Shown: positions 8,816-17,588, counted from the stretch's first letter. The stretch is DNA of 64,000 nucleotides from an uncultured Solirubrobacterales bacterium (GCA_963820665.1 CAWGAL010000002.1:8598-72597), one strand, 5' to 3'. Numbers and translations are program-made. The notes: generated from the sequence alone by a model not told the origin.

Positions 8816-9649
8816 GTCTCAACCAGTGGCGGCCTGCTCAAGGTATTGGAGCGCGCGAACGAGACGCGATCCGACGCGATTCAGATCTTCAACCAGAGCC
8901 CGCGGATGTGGCGCCCGACGAACTACTCCGAGCAGAACTTCGCCGAGTTCCGCGAAGCGAGGCGGTCCTCGCGCCTGCAGGCGGTGATGATCCACATGAT
9001 CTACCTGATCAACCCCGCCTCGGGCGACCGGGAGATGCGCCACAAGTCGCTGACCTCGCTCGTCCACGCTCTGCGGGTCGCGGAGGGCATCGAGGCGCTC
9101 GGCGTGGTCGTCCACCCCGGCGCGCTCAAGCAGGACACCCGCGAGACGGCCCGCAAGCGCGCGATCGGGATGCTGTCCGAAGCGCTCGCCGAAACCGACT
9201 CGGCCCGGATCATCTACGAGAACACGGCCGGGTCCCCGCAGCTCCTCGGCCGCGACTTCGACGAGACCGCCGAGCTGATCGAGAAGACGGGCGAGCGCAC
9301 GGGCCTGTGCATCGACAGCTGCCACCTGCACGCGACCGGCTACGACGTGCGCACCCCCAAGGGCGTCAGCGAGCTCGCCGACGAGATCGACGCCAAGATC
9401 GGCATCGAGCACCTGAAGGCGATCCATGTGAACGACTCCCGAGACGCCCGAGGCTCGAACCGAGACCGCCACGCGGCGATCGGCAAGGGAGAGATCGGCC
9501 GCAAGGGCTTCCGAGCCTTCCTCTCAGAGCCCCGCTTCCAGGACATCCCGGCCGTCTCCGAGACGCCGGGCCTCGAGGGTCAAGGACCGGACCGCAAGGA
9601 AGTCCTGCTGATGCGGCAGCTGCGCCGCGAAGGCCTGAAGGCGCGCTGA
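8798..9649 (+). CDS. nfo: deoxyribonuclease IV (endonuclease IV, AP endonuclease family 2)
   Basis: ORF-track ORF 8534-9649 is 5'-extended antisense to gltX. Homology starts at GTG 8798 (VLIGAHVSTSGG; IQIFNQSPRMW; VVVHPG; IYENTAG; IDSCHLHATGYD; HVNDS). The start is only moderately certain. Confidence 0.85.
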   Translation: MLIGAHVSTSGGLLKVLERANETRSDAIQIFNQSPRMWRPTNYSEQNFAEFREARRSSRLQAVMIHMIYLINPASGDREMRHKSLTSLVHALRVAEGIEALGVVVHPGALKQDTRETARKRAIGMLSEALAETDSARIIYENTAGSPQLLGRDFDETAELIEKTGERTGLCIDSCHLHATGYDVRTPKGVSELADEIDAKIGIEHLKAIHVNDSRDARGSNRDRHAAIGKGEIGRKGFRAFLSEPRFQDIPAVSETPGLEGQGPDRKEVLLMRQLRREGLKAR

Positions 9650-9655
9650 AAGCGG

Positions 9656-10540
9656 CTAGGGACAGCTGCGGAGCGTGTCGCGCCCCGCCCCGCCCTTGCA
9701 GCTATCGCTGTTACGACCTCCGTTGAGCAGGTCGTTGCCGCGCTGTCCACGGAGCACATCCCGCCCTGCCTTACCTCGGATCAGGTCACCTCCGCCGCCG
9801 CCGAGCAACCTGTCGCGACCCGGACCGCCGATCATCGTGTCGGCGCCGGTTCCGCCGACCACCCGGTCCACACCGATGTCAGCGCAGATCAGGTCGTTGC
9901 CGCCGCCGGCGAAGATTCGATCGTTGCCGGCAAACCCGCGAATGACGTCGGCACCCGCTGTGCCGACCAGCACGTCAGCACCCGCAGTGCCAGAGATCGT
10001 CGGGGTAGCGCAGCTGGCCCCCTTTGGCTTCTTCGGCTTCTTCCCGGTCGCCTTCTTGTTGATCACCGTGGTTTCGGTGTCCTGGTTGTTCGCTGCATTC
10101 GTGTCGTCGACACTGGCAAGTGAAGCGGTGTTCGAAACCGTTCCCGTCCTCTTCGCCTTGACGAGAATCGTGACGGTGGCGGTCGTGCCGGCGTTGACCT
10201 GGCCGAGGTTGCAGGTGACGTCGGCGCCTGTCCGCTGACAGCTGCCGGCCGTCGCCGATGACGAGACGTAGTCGACGTCCGCGGGCAGCGTGTCTGTGAC
10301 GACCACCGCCGAGGCGTCACTGGCTCCCTGGTTGCGCGTCGCGATCGTGTAGCTGAAGTTGTCACCCTGAACAGCCGGGTCAGCGCTATCGCTCTTGGTC
10401 AGGATGAGATCGGTCGGACCGACCGCTGCCGTCGCGCCGCCCGGGCCGACCATCATCAGGACAAGGGCGGCGAAGACCGTTCCTGCCAGGCCGACCATCC
10501 GAAGGCCGCCCAGGCGCCGCCTGCAAACGTCCGTGTTCAT
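9656..10540 (-). CDS. secreted DUF11-domain protein with C-terminal RTX (hemolysin-type Ca-binding) repeats
   Basis: 294-aa ORF with a signal/TM segment (LRMVGLAGTVFAALVLMMV). The DUF11 pattern is DLILTKSDSADPAVQGDNFSYTIATRNQGASDASAVVVTDTLPADVDYVS...NTASLASVDDTNAANNQDTETT. A Lys-rich linker KKATGKKPKKPKG follows, then GGxGxD nonapeptides (GTAGADVLVGTAGADVIRGFAGNDRIFAGGGNDL...). Strong SD (AAGGAGGA) before the ATG. Confidence 0.8.
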   Translation of the reverse strand: MNTDVCRRRLGGLRMVGLAGTVFAALVLMMVGPGGATAAVGPTDLILTKSDSADPAVQGDNFSYTIATRNQGASDASAVVVTDTLPADVDYVSSSATAGSCQRTGADVTCNLGQVNAGTTATVTILVKAKRTGTVSNTASLASVDDTNAANNQDTETTVINKKATGKKPKKPKGASCATPTISGTAGADVLVGTAGADVIRGFAGNDRIFAGGGNDLICADIGVDRVVGGTGADTMIGGPGRDRLLGGGGGDLIRGKAGRDVLRGQRGNDLLNGGRNSDSCKGGAGRDTLRSCP

Positions 10541-10751
10541 CTCTTCCTCCTTGTTCCTGGGGGCCCCGAGGGGCCCCCGTTCCCTGGCACGAAGCCATGT
10601 ACCTCCTAACAGCGCCGGGACGTCGCGATTGGTTACGGACCGGGCGAAGACCGGCTCATGTCCAGGCTCCAGATAACCGATGAGTAACCCACGAGCCCTC
10701 CCCGGCGCTACCCCGGTGAGTGCTCATAGCTCCACGACCAACTGCAAGAAA

Positions 10752-11060
10752 ATGCGTATCCCAACTCAAGCCGGCTTCATTCTCGTCGTTGCGCTGGTCG
10801 CGGTCGCAGTTGCCTGGGTCGCGTCCTCTGCGCCCGCTCAGGATCCGGCTAGCCCCGCGGAGAGCCAGTACACGGCTCCGATCCCTGCGGAGGCCGGCGA
10901 GTCAGGCTCGGACGAAGAGCCGACAGGCATGAGGAGCAACATCGGCTCGTTTCCGTTCACCGGCCTGGACCTTCTGATCCTGGGCGTAGTCACCTCGTTG
11001 GTGGCGCTGACGGGATTCCTGCTCCGCAGGCTGTCCGCGCCCCGCAGACCGGTCCGCTGA
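10752..11060 (+). CDS. small secreted acidic protein with LPXTG-like (FPFTG) sortase sorting signal; paralog of 23741-24072
   Basis: From ATG 10752 the translation reads MRIPTQAGFILVVALVAVAVAWVASSAPA / QDPASPAESQYTAPIPAEAGESGSDEEPTGMRSNIGS / FPFTG / LDLLILGVVTSLVALTGFLL / RRLSAPRRPVR. That is a signal peptide, a low-complexity acidic segment, the motif, a TM helix and a basic tail. The ORF-track start 10680 is also possible. Confidence 0.6.
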   Translation: MRIPTQAGFILVVALVAVAVAWVASSAPAQDPASPAESQYTAPIPAEAGESGSDEEPTGMRSNIGSFPFTGLDLLILGVVTSLVALTGFLLRRLSAPRRPVR

Positions 11061-11093
11061 CCCCAACCTCTCGGCGCCGCAGGGTCGCGCGCG

Positions 11094-11528
11094 CTACGTG
11101 AGCGCGTTGCGGAGGTCGAAGGCGCGTATCCCCTCGGGGCCGTCGTCCGCGCAGTCGAAGAAGCGGCGATTCACGCACTCGAACGCCGCGCCCTCGCCCT
11201 CGTAGGCCGTCTCGACCGAGAACTGGCACTGGGGCAACGGGTCGGCGTTCATCTTGATGCCGCCGTAGCCGCCGGCCATCAATCCCGTCTTCGCGTTTCG
11301 CTTCGCTTCACGCTCGGCGAAAAGGAACATGTCGAGGTCGATCTCGCCCCTGAAGACCTTCTGCATGCAGCCCATGAAGCGGCTGCCGGTGGTGATGTCC
11401 TCGTACGAGTAGAGAAAGCGGCAGCCGACGGCGATGCAGCCCGCGGGCTCGATCAGCTTGTCGCAGAACCCACGGCACTGCCGGCATTCGCCTGCCGCGG
11501 TTCGCTGCTGTCTTTGCTCTGCGGGCAC
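11094..11528 (-). CDS. hypothetical Cys-rich protein (9 Cys in 144 aa)
   Basis: 144-aa ORF directly downstream of dnaE on the same strand. N-terminal cluster C-x2-C-x3-C-x8-C-x4-C (ECRQCRGFCDKLIEPAGCIAVGC) plus four further Cys. I recognise no family. Confidence 0.5.
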   Translation of the reverse strand: MPAEQRQQRTAAGECRQCRGFCDKLIEPAGCIAVGCRFLYSYEDITTGSRFMGCMQKVFRGEIDLDMFLFAEREAKRNAKTGLMAGGYGGIKMNADPLPQCQFSVETAYEGEGAAFECVNRRFFDCADDGPEGIRAFDLRNALT

Positions 11529-11624
11529 AGGCGGAGTCTAAGACGAGATCGGACGCCAATGGGAGGGCGATACGCGGGTCTGGAAGCTGGGGTTGCGGGC
11601 GGCGCCGCGGCGTGCTAGAGGGCT

Positions 11625-14600
11625 CTAGGCGGCCTGGGCCCCGGCGCCGACCAGGGCGCTGAGCTCGGCGCGCAGCGCGGCTGAGGGACGGACGCGGTAG
11701 CCGTCGCCGAACCGCAGCCGGCGCTTGCCCTCGCGGGTGTTCATCTCGAGCTCGACCTCGGACTCGCCGGGGAAGCTCTCGAACACCGTCTTCAACTCGT
11801 CGATCAGCGAGGGGCCGAAGGCGGCGGCGTCGATGCGGAGCACGATCGGCCCGTCGGCGCGCGCCTTGCGGGCGCGGGCGACCTCGTCCTCTGTCGGCTC
11901 GAAGCGCTCGAGCTCCTGCGCGATCAGCTTCGTCTGCCCCCGCTCCTGGTGGTCGAGGCGGCCCCGCACGGTGACGACGGCGTCAACCGCGAGGTAGTCG
12001 ATGGAGGCCTCGTAGGTCTTGCCGAGGACGAGCATCTCGACCTGGCCCTCGATGTCGTCGAGCGTCGCGAAGGCCATCGTCGAGCCGCTCTTCGTCTTGT
12101 GGCGCTTGAACTCGGTGACGATGCCGCCGACCTTGACGAAGGAGCCATCCGCCTTGGAGCCGAGGTCTGAGATCGGGCAATCGACCGCCGCGCGAAGCGC
12201 GTCGCGCACGTCCGCGATCGGGTGCGAGGAGAGGAAGGTGCCGAGCGTCTCCTTCTCGAGGCTGAGCAGCTCGTTCTTCTCGTACTCGGCGAGACCGACC
12301 GGAGGATGCTGTGAGCGCGCCGAGGACGCCTCTGAGGCGCTCCCGGCCCCGAGGTCGAAGATCGAGCCCTGCCCGAGGCGCGAGTCCTCCTGCGCCTTCT
12401 GGCCCGCCGCGGCGGCCATCGGGAGCGCGTCCACCATCCCCATGCGGGTAGCGCCGGTGGAGTCGAGCGCTCCGCACTTGATCAGGCACTCCACCGCGCG
12501 CTTGTTGACGGTGCGGTTGTCGACCCGCTCACAGAAGTCGTAGATCGACTCGAAGTCGCCGCCCTCGGTGCGCGCAGCGATGATCGCCTGGACCGCGGCA
12601 TGACCGACGTTCTTGACCGCGTCGAGGCCGAAGCGGATGCTCTTGCCCGAGACGACGAACCCGTGGTCGGAGGTATTGACGTCGGGCGGCAGGACGTCGA
12701 TCCCCATCTCGTCGCAGCGGTTTACGAAGAACGGGACCTTGTCCTTGGTCGACATGACCGATGAGATCAGCGCCGCCATGTACTCGGCGGGGTAGTTGGC
12801 GCGAAGCCAGGCCGTCCGGTAGGCGATCAGCGCGTAACAGGCGGCGTGGCTGCGGTTGAAGGAGTAGTCGGCGGCCGCCTCCATCAGCGACCACAGGTCC
12901 TTCGCCACGTTCGGCTTGGTATCCGAGGCCTGGAGGCCCGCCAGAAACTCATCCCGGATCGTCGCCATCAGGTCGCGCTTCTTCTTGCCGATCGCCTTGC
13001 GCAGGTCGTCGGCTCGCGCGGGGCTGAAGCCGGCCATCTGCTTGGCGATCTCCATCAATTGCTCCTGGTAGATCACGCAGCCGTAGGTCGACTCGGTGAT
13101 CGAGCGGAGGCGGGGGTCCGGGTAGGTGACCGAGGCCGGGCTCTTCTTCCCGCGTGCGTACTGCGGGATGTAGGCCATCGCGCCGGGCCGGTACAGCGAC
13201 ACCAGCGCGACCAGGTCCTGGAACTCGGTCGGCTTCACGCTTCGCAGCGCGTCGCGCATGCCGTCGGACTCGAACTGGAAGACGCCGATCGACTCGCCGC
13301 GAGCGAGCATCTCGTAGGTGGCGAGGTCGTCGAGCGGAAGGTCCTTGATGTTGAGCTCGGCCTCGCTCGAGCGCTCGATGATGTCGACCGCGTCCTCGAT
13401 CACGTCGAGGTTTCGCAGGCCGAGGAAGTCCATCTTCAGCAGCCCGATCTCCTCGATCGGGCCCATCGAGTACTGCGTGACCATCTTGTAGGCCCGCTCC
13501 GGCTTTCCGCCCGCGACGTTCCCGTTTCCGTTTCCGTTTCCGCTCGCAGCGGCGCCGCGGTCCTCCGCCAGCTGGAGGGGGACGATCTCCTGCAGCGGGC
13601 GATCCGAGATCACCACCGCCGCGGCGTGGATGGAGTTGTTGCGGACGACCCCTTCGAGACCCTTGGCGACCTCGATGATCTTCTTCGCGTCGGCGTCGGT
13701 GTCGTAGGTGCGCCGCAGCTCCTGGCCGGAGCGCAGGCACTCGTCGAAGCTGGGGGAGCGGCCCATGATCGGCTCGGGGATCTGCTTCGCGAGCCGGTCG
13801 CCGATCACATAGTCGTAGCCGAGGACGCGGGCGGCGTCGCGGGTCGCCTGGCGAGGGGCCATTTTGCCGAAGGTGATGATCTGCGCGACGCACTCGCGCC
13901 CATACTTCTCCTGGACATAGCGGATGACGCGCTCGCGGCCGCGGACCGAGAAGTCGATGTCGATGTCCGGCATCGACTTGCGGCCCGGGTTCAGGAAGCG
14001 CTCGAACAGCAGCCCGTTGGCTATCGGGTCGATGTCGGTGATGTCGAGGACGTAGGAGACGATCGAGCCGGCCGCCGAGCCGCGGCCCGGGCCGACCGCG
14101 ACGCCGTTCTGCTTCGCGTAGCGAACGAAGTCCCAGACGATCAGGAAGTAGGACTCGAACCCCATGTCCTTGATCACCCCGAGCTCGAAGTCGAGCCTCT
14201 CGGCGGCTTCGGCCGGCACCGGGTCGCCGTAGCGGGCGCGCATCCCCTCGTCGCAGAGCCGGCGCAGCATCTCGCCGGGCTCGGAGTCGTCCCCGGTCTC
14301 GTACTGCGGCAGCAGCAGGCCGCCGAGCTCCATCTCGACCTCGCAGCGCTCTGCGATCTCGAGCGTGTTCGGGACGGCCTCGGGCCAGTCGGCGAAATCG
14401 GCCTCCATCTCGTCCGCGCTCTTCAGGAAGAACTCGTTCGTGTCGAAGCTCAGCTTCGGCTCGGCGACCGTCGACTTCGTCTGCACGCAGAGCAGGGCGG
14501 CGTGGTTCTCGTAGTCATCGCGGTGCAGGTAGTGGACGTCCGCCGTCGCGACCAGGGGCCTGCCGACCTCGCGGGCGACCTTGACGATTCCCTCGTTCGC

Positions 14601-15203
14601 CTTGTCCTGCTCGGGGATCCCGTTGCGCTGCAGCTCGAAGTAGACCTGGTCGGGGCCGAACACCTGGAGCAGCTCGTCGGCGTGGGCGCGCGCGTCGGCC
14701 GGCCGGTCCTCGACGATGCGGCGGCAGAAGCGCGACTGCAGGCAGCCGGTGAGCGCGATCACGCCCTCGGAGTGGCGCGAGAGCAATTCCATGTCGAGGT
14801 TCGGCTTCCCGCGCGAGAAGCCCTCGAGGAAGCCGGCCGAGCTCAGCATCACGAGGTTGCGAAAGCCGGCGTCGTTGTGCGCCATCAGCGTCAGGTGGTT
14901 GCGCTCGTAGCGCGCCTGCGACTTGACGGCCTCGCGGTCGGAGACGAGGTAGGCCTCGACCCCGATGATCGGCTTGATCCCGACGTCGCGGCATGCCTTG
15001 TAGTGCTCGACCGCGCCGTTCATGACGCCGTGATCGGTGAGCCCGAGGGCCGGCATGTCGAGCTCGGCTGCGCGCTCGGCCAGGGACTTCCGCCCGATCA
15101 GCTCGCCCTTCTTGTTCTTCTTGCGGGGGCTGAGCTTGCACGCGCCGTCGAGCAGCGAGTACTCGCTGTGGACGTGCAGATGTGCAACCCCGGGTGCGCT
15201 CAC
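11625..15203 (-). CDS. dnaE: DNA polymerase III subunit alpha
   Basis: 1192-aa uninterrupted ORF. N-terminal PHP domain (HLHVHSEYSLLDGA), polymerase core (DIDIDF, LLKMDFLGLRNL, YRPGAM, FNRSHAACYA) and a C-terminal OB fold. Confidence 0.95.
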   Translation of the reverse strand: MSAPGVAHLHVHSEYSLLDGACKLSPRKKNKKGELIGRKSLAERAAELDMPALGLTDHGVMNGAVEHYKACRDVGIKPIIGVEAYLVSDREAVKSQARYERNHLTLMAHNDAGFRNLVMLSSAGFLEGFSRGKPNLDMELLSRHSEGVIALTGCLQSRFCRRIVEDRPADARAHADELLQVFGPDQVYFELQRNGIPEQDKANEGIVKVAREVGRPLVATADVHYLHRDDYENHAALLCVQTKSTVAEPKLSFDTNEFFLKSADEMEADFADWPEAVPNTLEIAERCEVEMELGGLLLPQYETGDDSEPGEMLRRLCDEGMRARYGDPVPAEAAERLDFELGVIKDMGFESYFLIVWDFVRYAKQNGVAVGPGRGSAAGSIVSYVLDITDIDPIANGLLFERFLNPGRKSMPDIDIDFSVRGRERVIRYVQEKYGRECVAQIITFGKMAPRQATRDAARVLGYDYVIGDRLAKQIPEPIMGRSPSFDECLRSGQELRRTYDTDADAKKIIEVAKGLEGVVRNNSIHAAAVVISDRPLQEIVPLQLAEDRGAAASGNGNGNGNVAGGKPERAYKMVTQYSMGPIEEIGLLKMDFLGLRNLDVIEDAVDIIERSSEAELNIKDLPLDDLATYEMLARGESIGVFQFESDGMRDALRSVKPTEFQDLVALVSLYRPGAMAYIPQYARGKKSPASVTYPDPRLRSITESTYGCVIYQEQLMEIAKQMAGFSPARADDLRKAIGKKKRDLMATIRDEFLAGLQASDTKPNVAKDLWSLMEAAADYSFNRSHAACYALIAYRTAWLRANYPAEYMAALISSVMSTKDKVPFFVNRCDEMGIDVLPPDVNTSDHGFVVSGKSIRFGLDAVKNVGHAAVQAIIAARTEGGDFESIYDFCERVDNRTVNKRAVECLIKCGALDSTGATRMGMVDALPMAAAAGQKAQEDSRLGQGSIFDLGAGSASEASSARSQHPPVGLAEYEKNELLSLEKETLGTFLSSHPIADVRDALRAAVDCPISDLGSKADGSFVKVGGIVTEFKRHKTKSGSTMAFATLDDIEGQVEMLVLGKTYEASIDYLAVDAVVTVRGRLDHQERGQTKLIAQELERFEPTEDEVARARKARADGPIVLRIDAAAFGPSLIDELKTVFESFPGESEVELEMNTREGKRRLRFGDGYRVRPSAALRAELSALVGAGAQAA
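13518..13541 (-). repeat. hexanucleotide microsatellite (GGAAAC-type, 4 units) inside dnaE encoding (GN)4
   Basis: The plus strand reads gttccc gtttcc gtttcc gtttcc. On the coding strand this gives ..AAASGNGNGNGNVAGG.. within DnaE. Confidence 0.7.
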
Positions 15204-15286
15204 CTGGCGATCATGCCAAGCAGGCCAGATGCAACCCGGGTGTGACGAAGGTGACTTTGCGGTATTTACGGGGCTATGAGCGCATC

Positions 15287-15739
15287 ATGATCTGGCTGCT
15301 GAGACACGGAGACGCAGAGGACGCCGCCCCCGGCGCCGACGACGCGAGCCGTGCGCTGACCGAGAAGGGCCGCAGGCAGTCGCGCGACGCCGGCCGCGCC
15401 CTGGCGGCTCTCGGCGTCGACGTCGAGGCCTGCATCGCGAGCCCCAAGGTGCGAGCCCGCGAGACCGCCGAGCTGGCCGCCGAGGCACTCGGCGTCGAAG
15501 TGGAGATCGACGAACGGCTGCGGGGCGGCGACTTCGACGCCGCCGACATCGCGGCCGGCCGCGGCGAGGTGCTGCTCGTCGGCCACGAGCCGGACTTCTC
15601 CCGCGCGATAGCCCTCACCACAGGCTCCCGCGTGAAGCTGCGCAAGGGCGGAGTGGCCGCCTTCGACGACCACCTGCTGCACGCGCTGTACCGGCCGAAG
15701 GACTTGCGCGAACTCACCTCGTGGCACCGCAGGACCTGA
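15287..15739 (+). CDS. sixA: phosphohistidine phosphatase SixA-like (histidine phosphatase superfamily)
   Basis: Starts MIWLLRHGDAEDA (RHG catalytic motif), with SPKVRARETAE and LLVGHEPDFS typical of SixA. The ORF-track start 15182 overlaps dnaE and is unlikely. Confidence 0.75.
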   Translation: MIWLLRHGDAEDAAPGADDASRALTEKGRRQSRDAGRALAALGVDVEACIASPKVRARETAELAAEALGVEVEIDERLRGGDFDAADIAAGRGEVLLVGHEPDFSRAIALTTGSRVKLRKGGVAAFDDHLLHALYRPKDLRELTSWHRRT

Positions 15740-15791
15740 CGGTGAATCGCCTCGTTGCACCGCGCGTCGGCATCAGCATCCCGCCGCGTCG

Positions 15792-15825
15792 CGCGTCGCG
15801 ACCCGGGGCCGCGGCTCGCGACGCG
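15792..15825. terminator. GC-rich hairpin between convergent sixA and ferritin-like genes (possible bidirectional terminator)
   Basis: Perfect 10-bp inverted repeat cgcgtcgcga (15792-15801) / tcgcgacgcg (15816-15825) with a 14-nt loop. No U-tract. Confidence 0.3.
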
Positions 15826-15854
15826 ATCGCGGGGGAGGCGGCTCGCAGCTCAGG

Positions 15855-16364
15855 TCAGGCGAGGCCTTCGGCCTCGTATTCGCGCATGAAGCCCTCGAAC
15901 AGTCGGCGGTGGCCCTGCTCGTCGGCCAGGATCGCGATCACCATGTCCTGCGTCACGGGGTCGACGCCGTCGGTGACCTCGATGATCCTCGTGTAGTGCT
16001 CGATCGCGCCGGTCTCGGCCTCGATCACGCCGCGCACGATGTGGACGACGTCGGTCTGGTGCTCGGGCGGTTGCAGGTAGCTCTGCTCGGCGCTGAACTC
16101 CTCGGAGCCCGGGACGACGCCGTAGAGCTCCTTGATCCGCGCCGCGTATTGCTGCGCGTGGCCGAGCTCCTCGACGATGTCCTCCTCGAGGGCCTCCTTG
16201 ATCTCCTGGGCGCGGACGCCGTCCGGATTCACGGAGTTGGCGATGTAGCTCATCACCGTCTCGAGCTCCATCCAGTAGGCCTTCTTCAGCAGGTCGACGA
16301 TCTCCTCGCGCTTGTCGAGGCTCTCCTCGCCCAAGATGCCGGTTGAGTTGGTGGCGGTCGCCAT
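15855..16364 (-). CDS. ferritin-like (bacterioferritin/Dps superfamily) protein
   Basis: From ATG 16364: MATATNSTGILGEESLDKREEIVDLLKKAYWMELETVMSY..EELGHAQQYAARIKEL..EAETGAIEHYTRII..LADEQGHRRLF. This is a four-helix di-iron-type E..H / E..H pattern. Confidence 0.65.
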   Translation of the reverse strand: MATATNSTGILGEESLDKREEIVDLLKKAYWMELETVMSYIANSVNPDGVRAQEIKEALEEDIVEELGHAQQYAARIKELYGVVPGSEEFSAEQSYLQPPEHQTDVVHIVRGVIEAETGAIEHYTRIIEVTDGVDPVTQDMVIAILADEQGHRRLFEGFMREYEAEGLA

Positions 16365-16463
16365 GGGTGTCCCCTTCGGTCGAAGTTGTCTCGGGAAGCT
16401 ACCCACAGCGGGCGCCCGGCTAACTTCGGGCGCCCTTACGCGAGCTACGCGAGCAAGGGTCAC

Positions 16464-17453
16464 TCAGGCGCAGGACCAGGCGCCCGGGCCGTCCTCGCGC
16501 CAGATGATCGCCGCGATGCGGTCCTGCTCGGCCTTCGAGGCCTCGTGCGGGAGGCCCTGGCCCCCGTAGGCGCGCCAGGTGGACGGGATGATCTGGTAAG
16601 CCCCGCCGGCACCGCTCGAGGGGTTCAGCGCGCGGTAGTTGCCGCCTGACTCGCACATGACGATGTAGGTGGGGATGGAGTACGGCCCGCCGAGGAACGC
16701 CTCGCCGCCGCCCTCGGAGATCTCGGCCGCCGCGGCCTTTCTGACCTCGAGCTCCCATCCGGAGATCTGTTGCCGGAGCTCCGCGAGCGCGCCTTCGGCG
16801 TCGGCGCGCACGGCGGCGATCTCCTCCGCCCGCTGGGCGGAGGCGGCGCGCTCGGCCGCGATCTGCCGCTTCGCGTCGTCGAGCGTGCGGCTCTGCTCGT
16901 CGATCCCCTCCTTGAGGCCGGAGATCTCCTCGTACCGGCCATCGACCTCCTCGCGGAGCGCCGCCACCCGCTCGGCGATCTGCTGGTCGGCGTCTGTCAG
17001 CGCCTCCACGTACTCGGCGCGGCTCTGGATCTCCGCGTAGTCGGAGGCCTCGAGAATGACCGCGAGCAGGTCCGGGTCGGGCGACTTGTAGATCGCGACG
17101 AGGCGGTCGGCGAGCACTCCGACCGAGCGGTCGTAGCGTGCTCGCACGGCCTCGAGCTCCCGCTCGGCCGCGACCAGGTCGTCGCTCAGCTCGCTCGAGC
17201 GGGCGGTGGCATCGCGGAGCTGGGACTCGAGCTCCGCCTCGCGCGCCGCCGCCGCGGCGGCTTCGGCCTCGAGCTCGGAGATCTCGGCGGACTGGGATGA
17301 GATCCGCTGCGAGATCAGCGACGCCTCGGACTCGGCGGAGTCGATCTTCGCCTCGAGTCCGGGATCGGCGGCGCCCGCGACGGCGATCCCGCCCACGGCA
17401 ACGAGGGCGATCGCGCTCGCGATCACGGCTCCGATCTTGAAGTTTGGTCGCAC
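16464..17453 (-). CDS. secreted coiled-coil protein with C-terminal Rpf-like (resuscitation-promoting-factor type) transglycosylase domain
   Basis: 329-aa ORF with a signal/TM segment (IGAVIASAIALVAVGGIAVAGA). About 230 aa of Ala/Glu/Arg/Leu-rich heptad-like sequence follow. The C-terminus MCESGGNYRALNPSSGAGGAYQIIPSTWRAYGGQGLPHEASKAEQDRIAAII..GPGAWSC resembles Rpf (ECESGGNW...PHQASKAEQI...GAWP.C). Confidence 0.75.
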   Translation of the reverse strand: MRPNFKIGAVIASAIALVAVGGIAVAGAADPGLEAKIDSAESEASLISQRISSQSAEISELEAEAAAAAAREAELESQLRDATARSSELSDDLVAAERELEAVRARYDRSVGVLADRLVAIYKSPDPDLLAVILEASDYAEIQSRAEYVEALTDADQQIAERVAALREEVDGRYEEISGLKEGIDEQSRTLDDAKRQIAAERAASAQRAEEIAAVRADAEGALAELRQQISGWELEVRKAAAAEISEGGGEAFLGGPYSIPTYIVMCESGGNYRALNPSSGAGGAYQIIPSTWRAYGGQGLPHEASKAEQDRIAAIIWREDGPGAWSCA

Positions 17454-17588
17454 CTGTGTCCGCTCCCCGGGGTCGTCGTGCCCGCGAAAACGTTAGCGGA
17501 CGCTTACACACTGCCAGCGAGGCATCGCCGTCCCCAGGCGCGATCCTGCGCCTGCAAGGATCGTGCAGGAAGCCCCGCCCGCTGCCGC

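Noticed and set aside
10559-10578. Perfect palindrome GGGGGCCCC-GA-GGGGCCCCC in the 5' leader of the DUF11+RTX gene.
   Set aside because: The hairpin is real, but a single GC hairpin in 70% GC DNA has many trivial explanations (mRNA 5' stabiliser or leftover terminator). There is no second copy in the window and no associated motif.
12846-15245. 799-aa plus-strand ORF, plus several others of 200-300 aa, opposite dnaE.
   Set aside because: They are antisense to an intact, strongly conserved 1192-aa DnaE. Their composition (Arg/Leu/Val/Asp-rich with no motifs) is typical of shadow ORFs in high-GC DNA.
17454-17588. A ydaO-type riboswitch upstream of the Rpf-like gene, as known for rpfA in other Actinobacteria.
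   Set aside because: The minus-strand leader contains GUAAGCG and CCGCUAAC-like pieces but in the wrong order. It lacks the GGGGACCCA and GGGGUGAAUC blocks, so it is not convincing without a covariance-model search.
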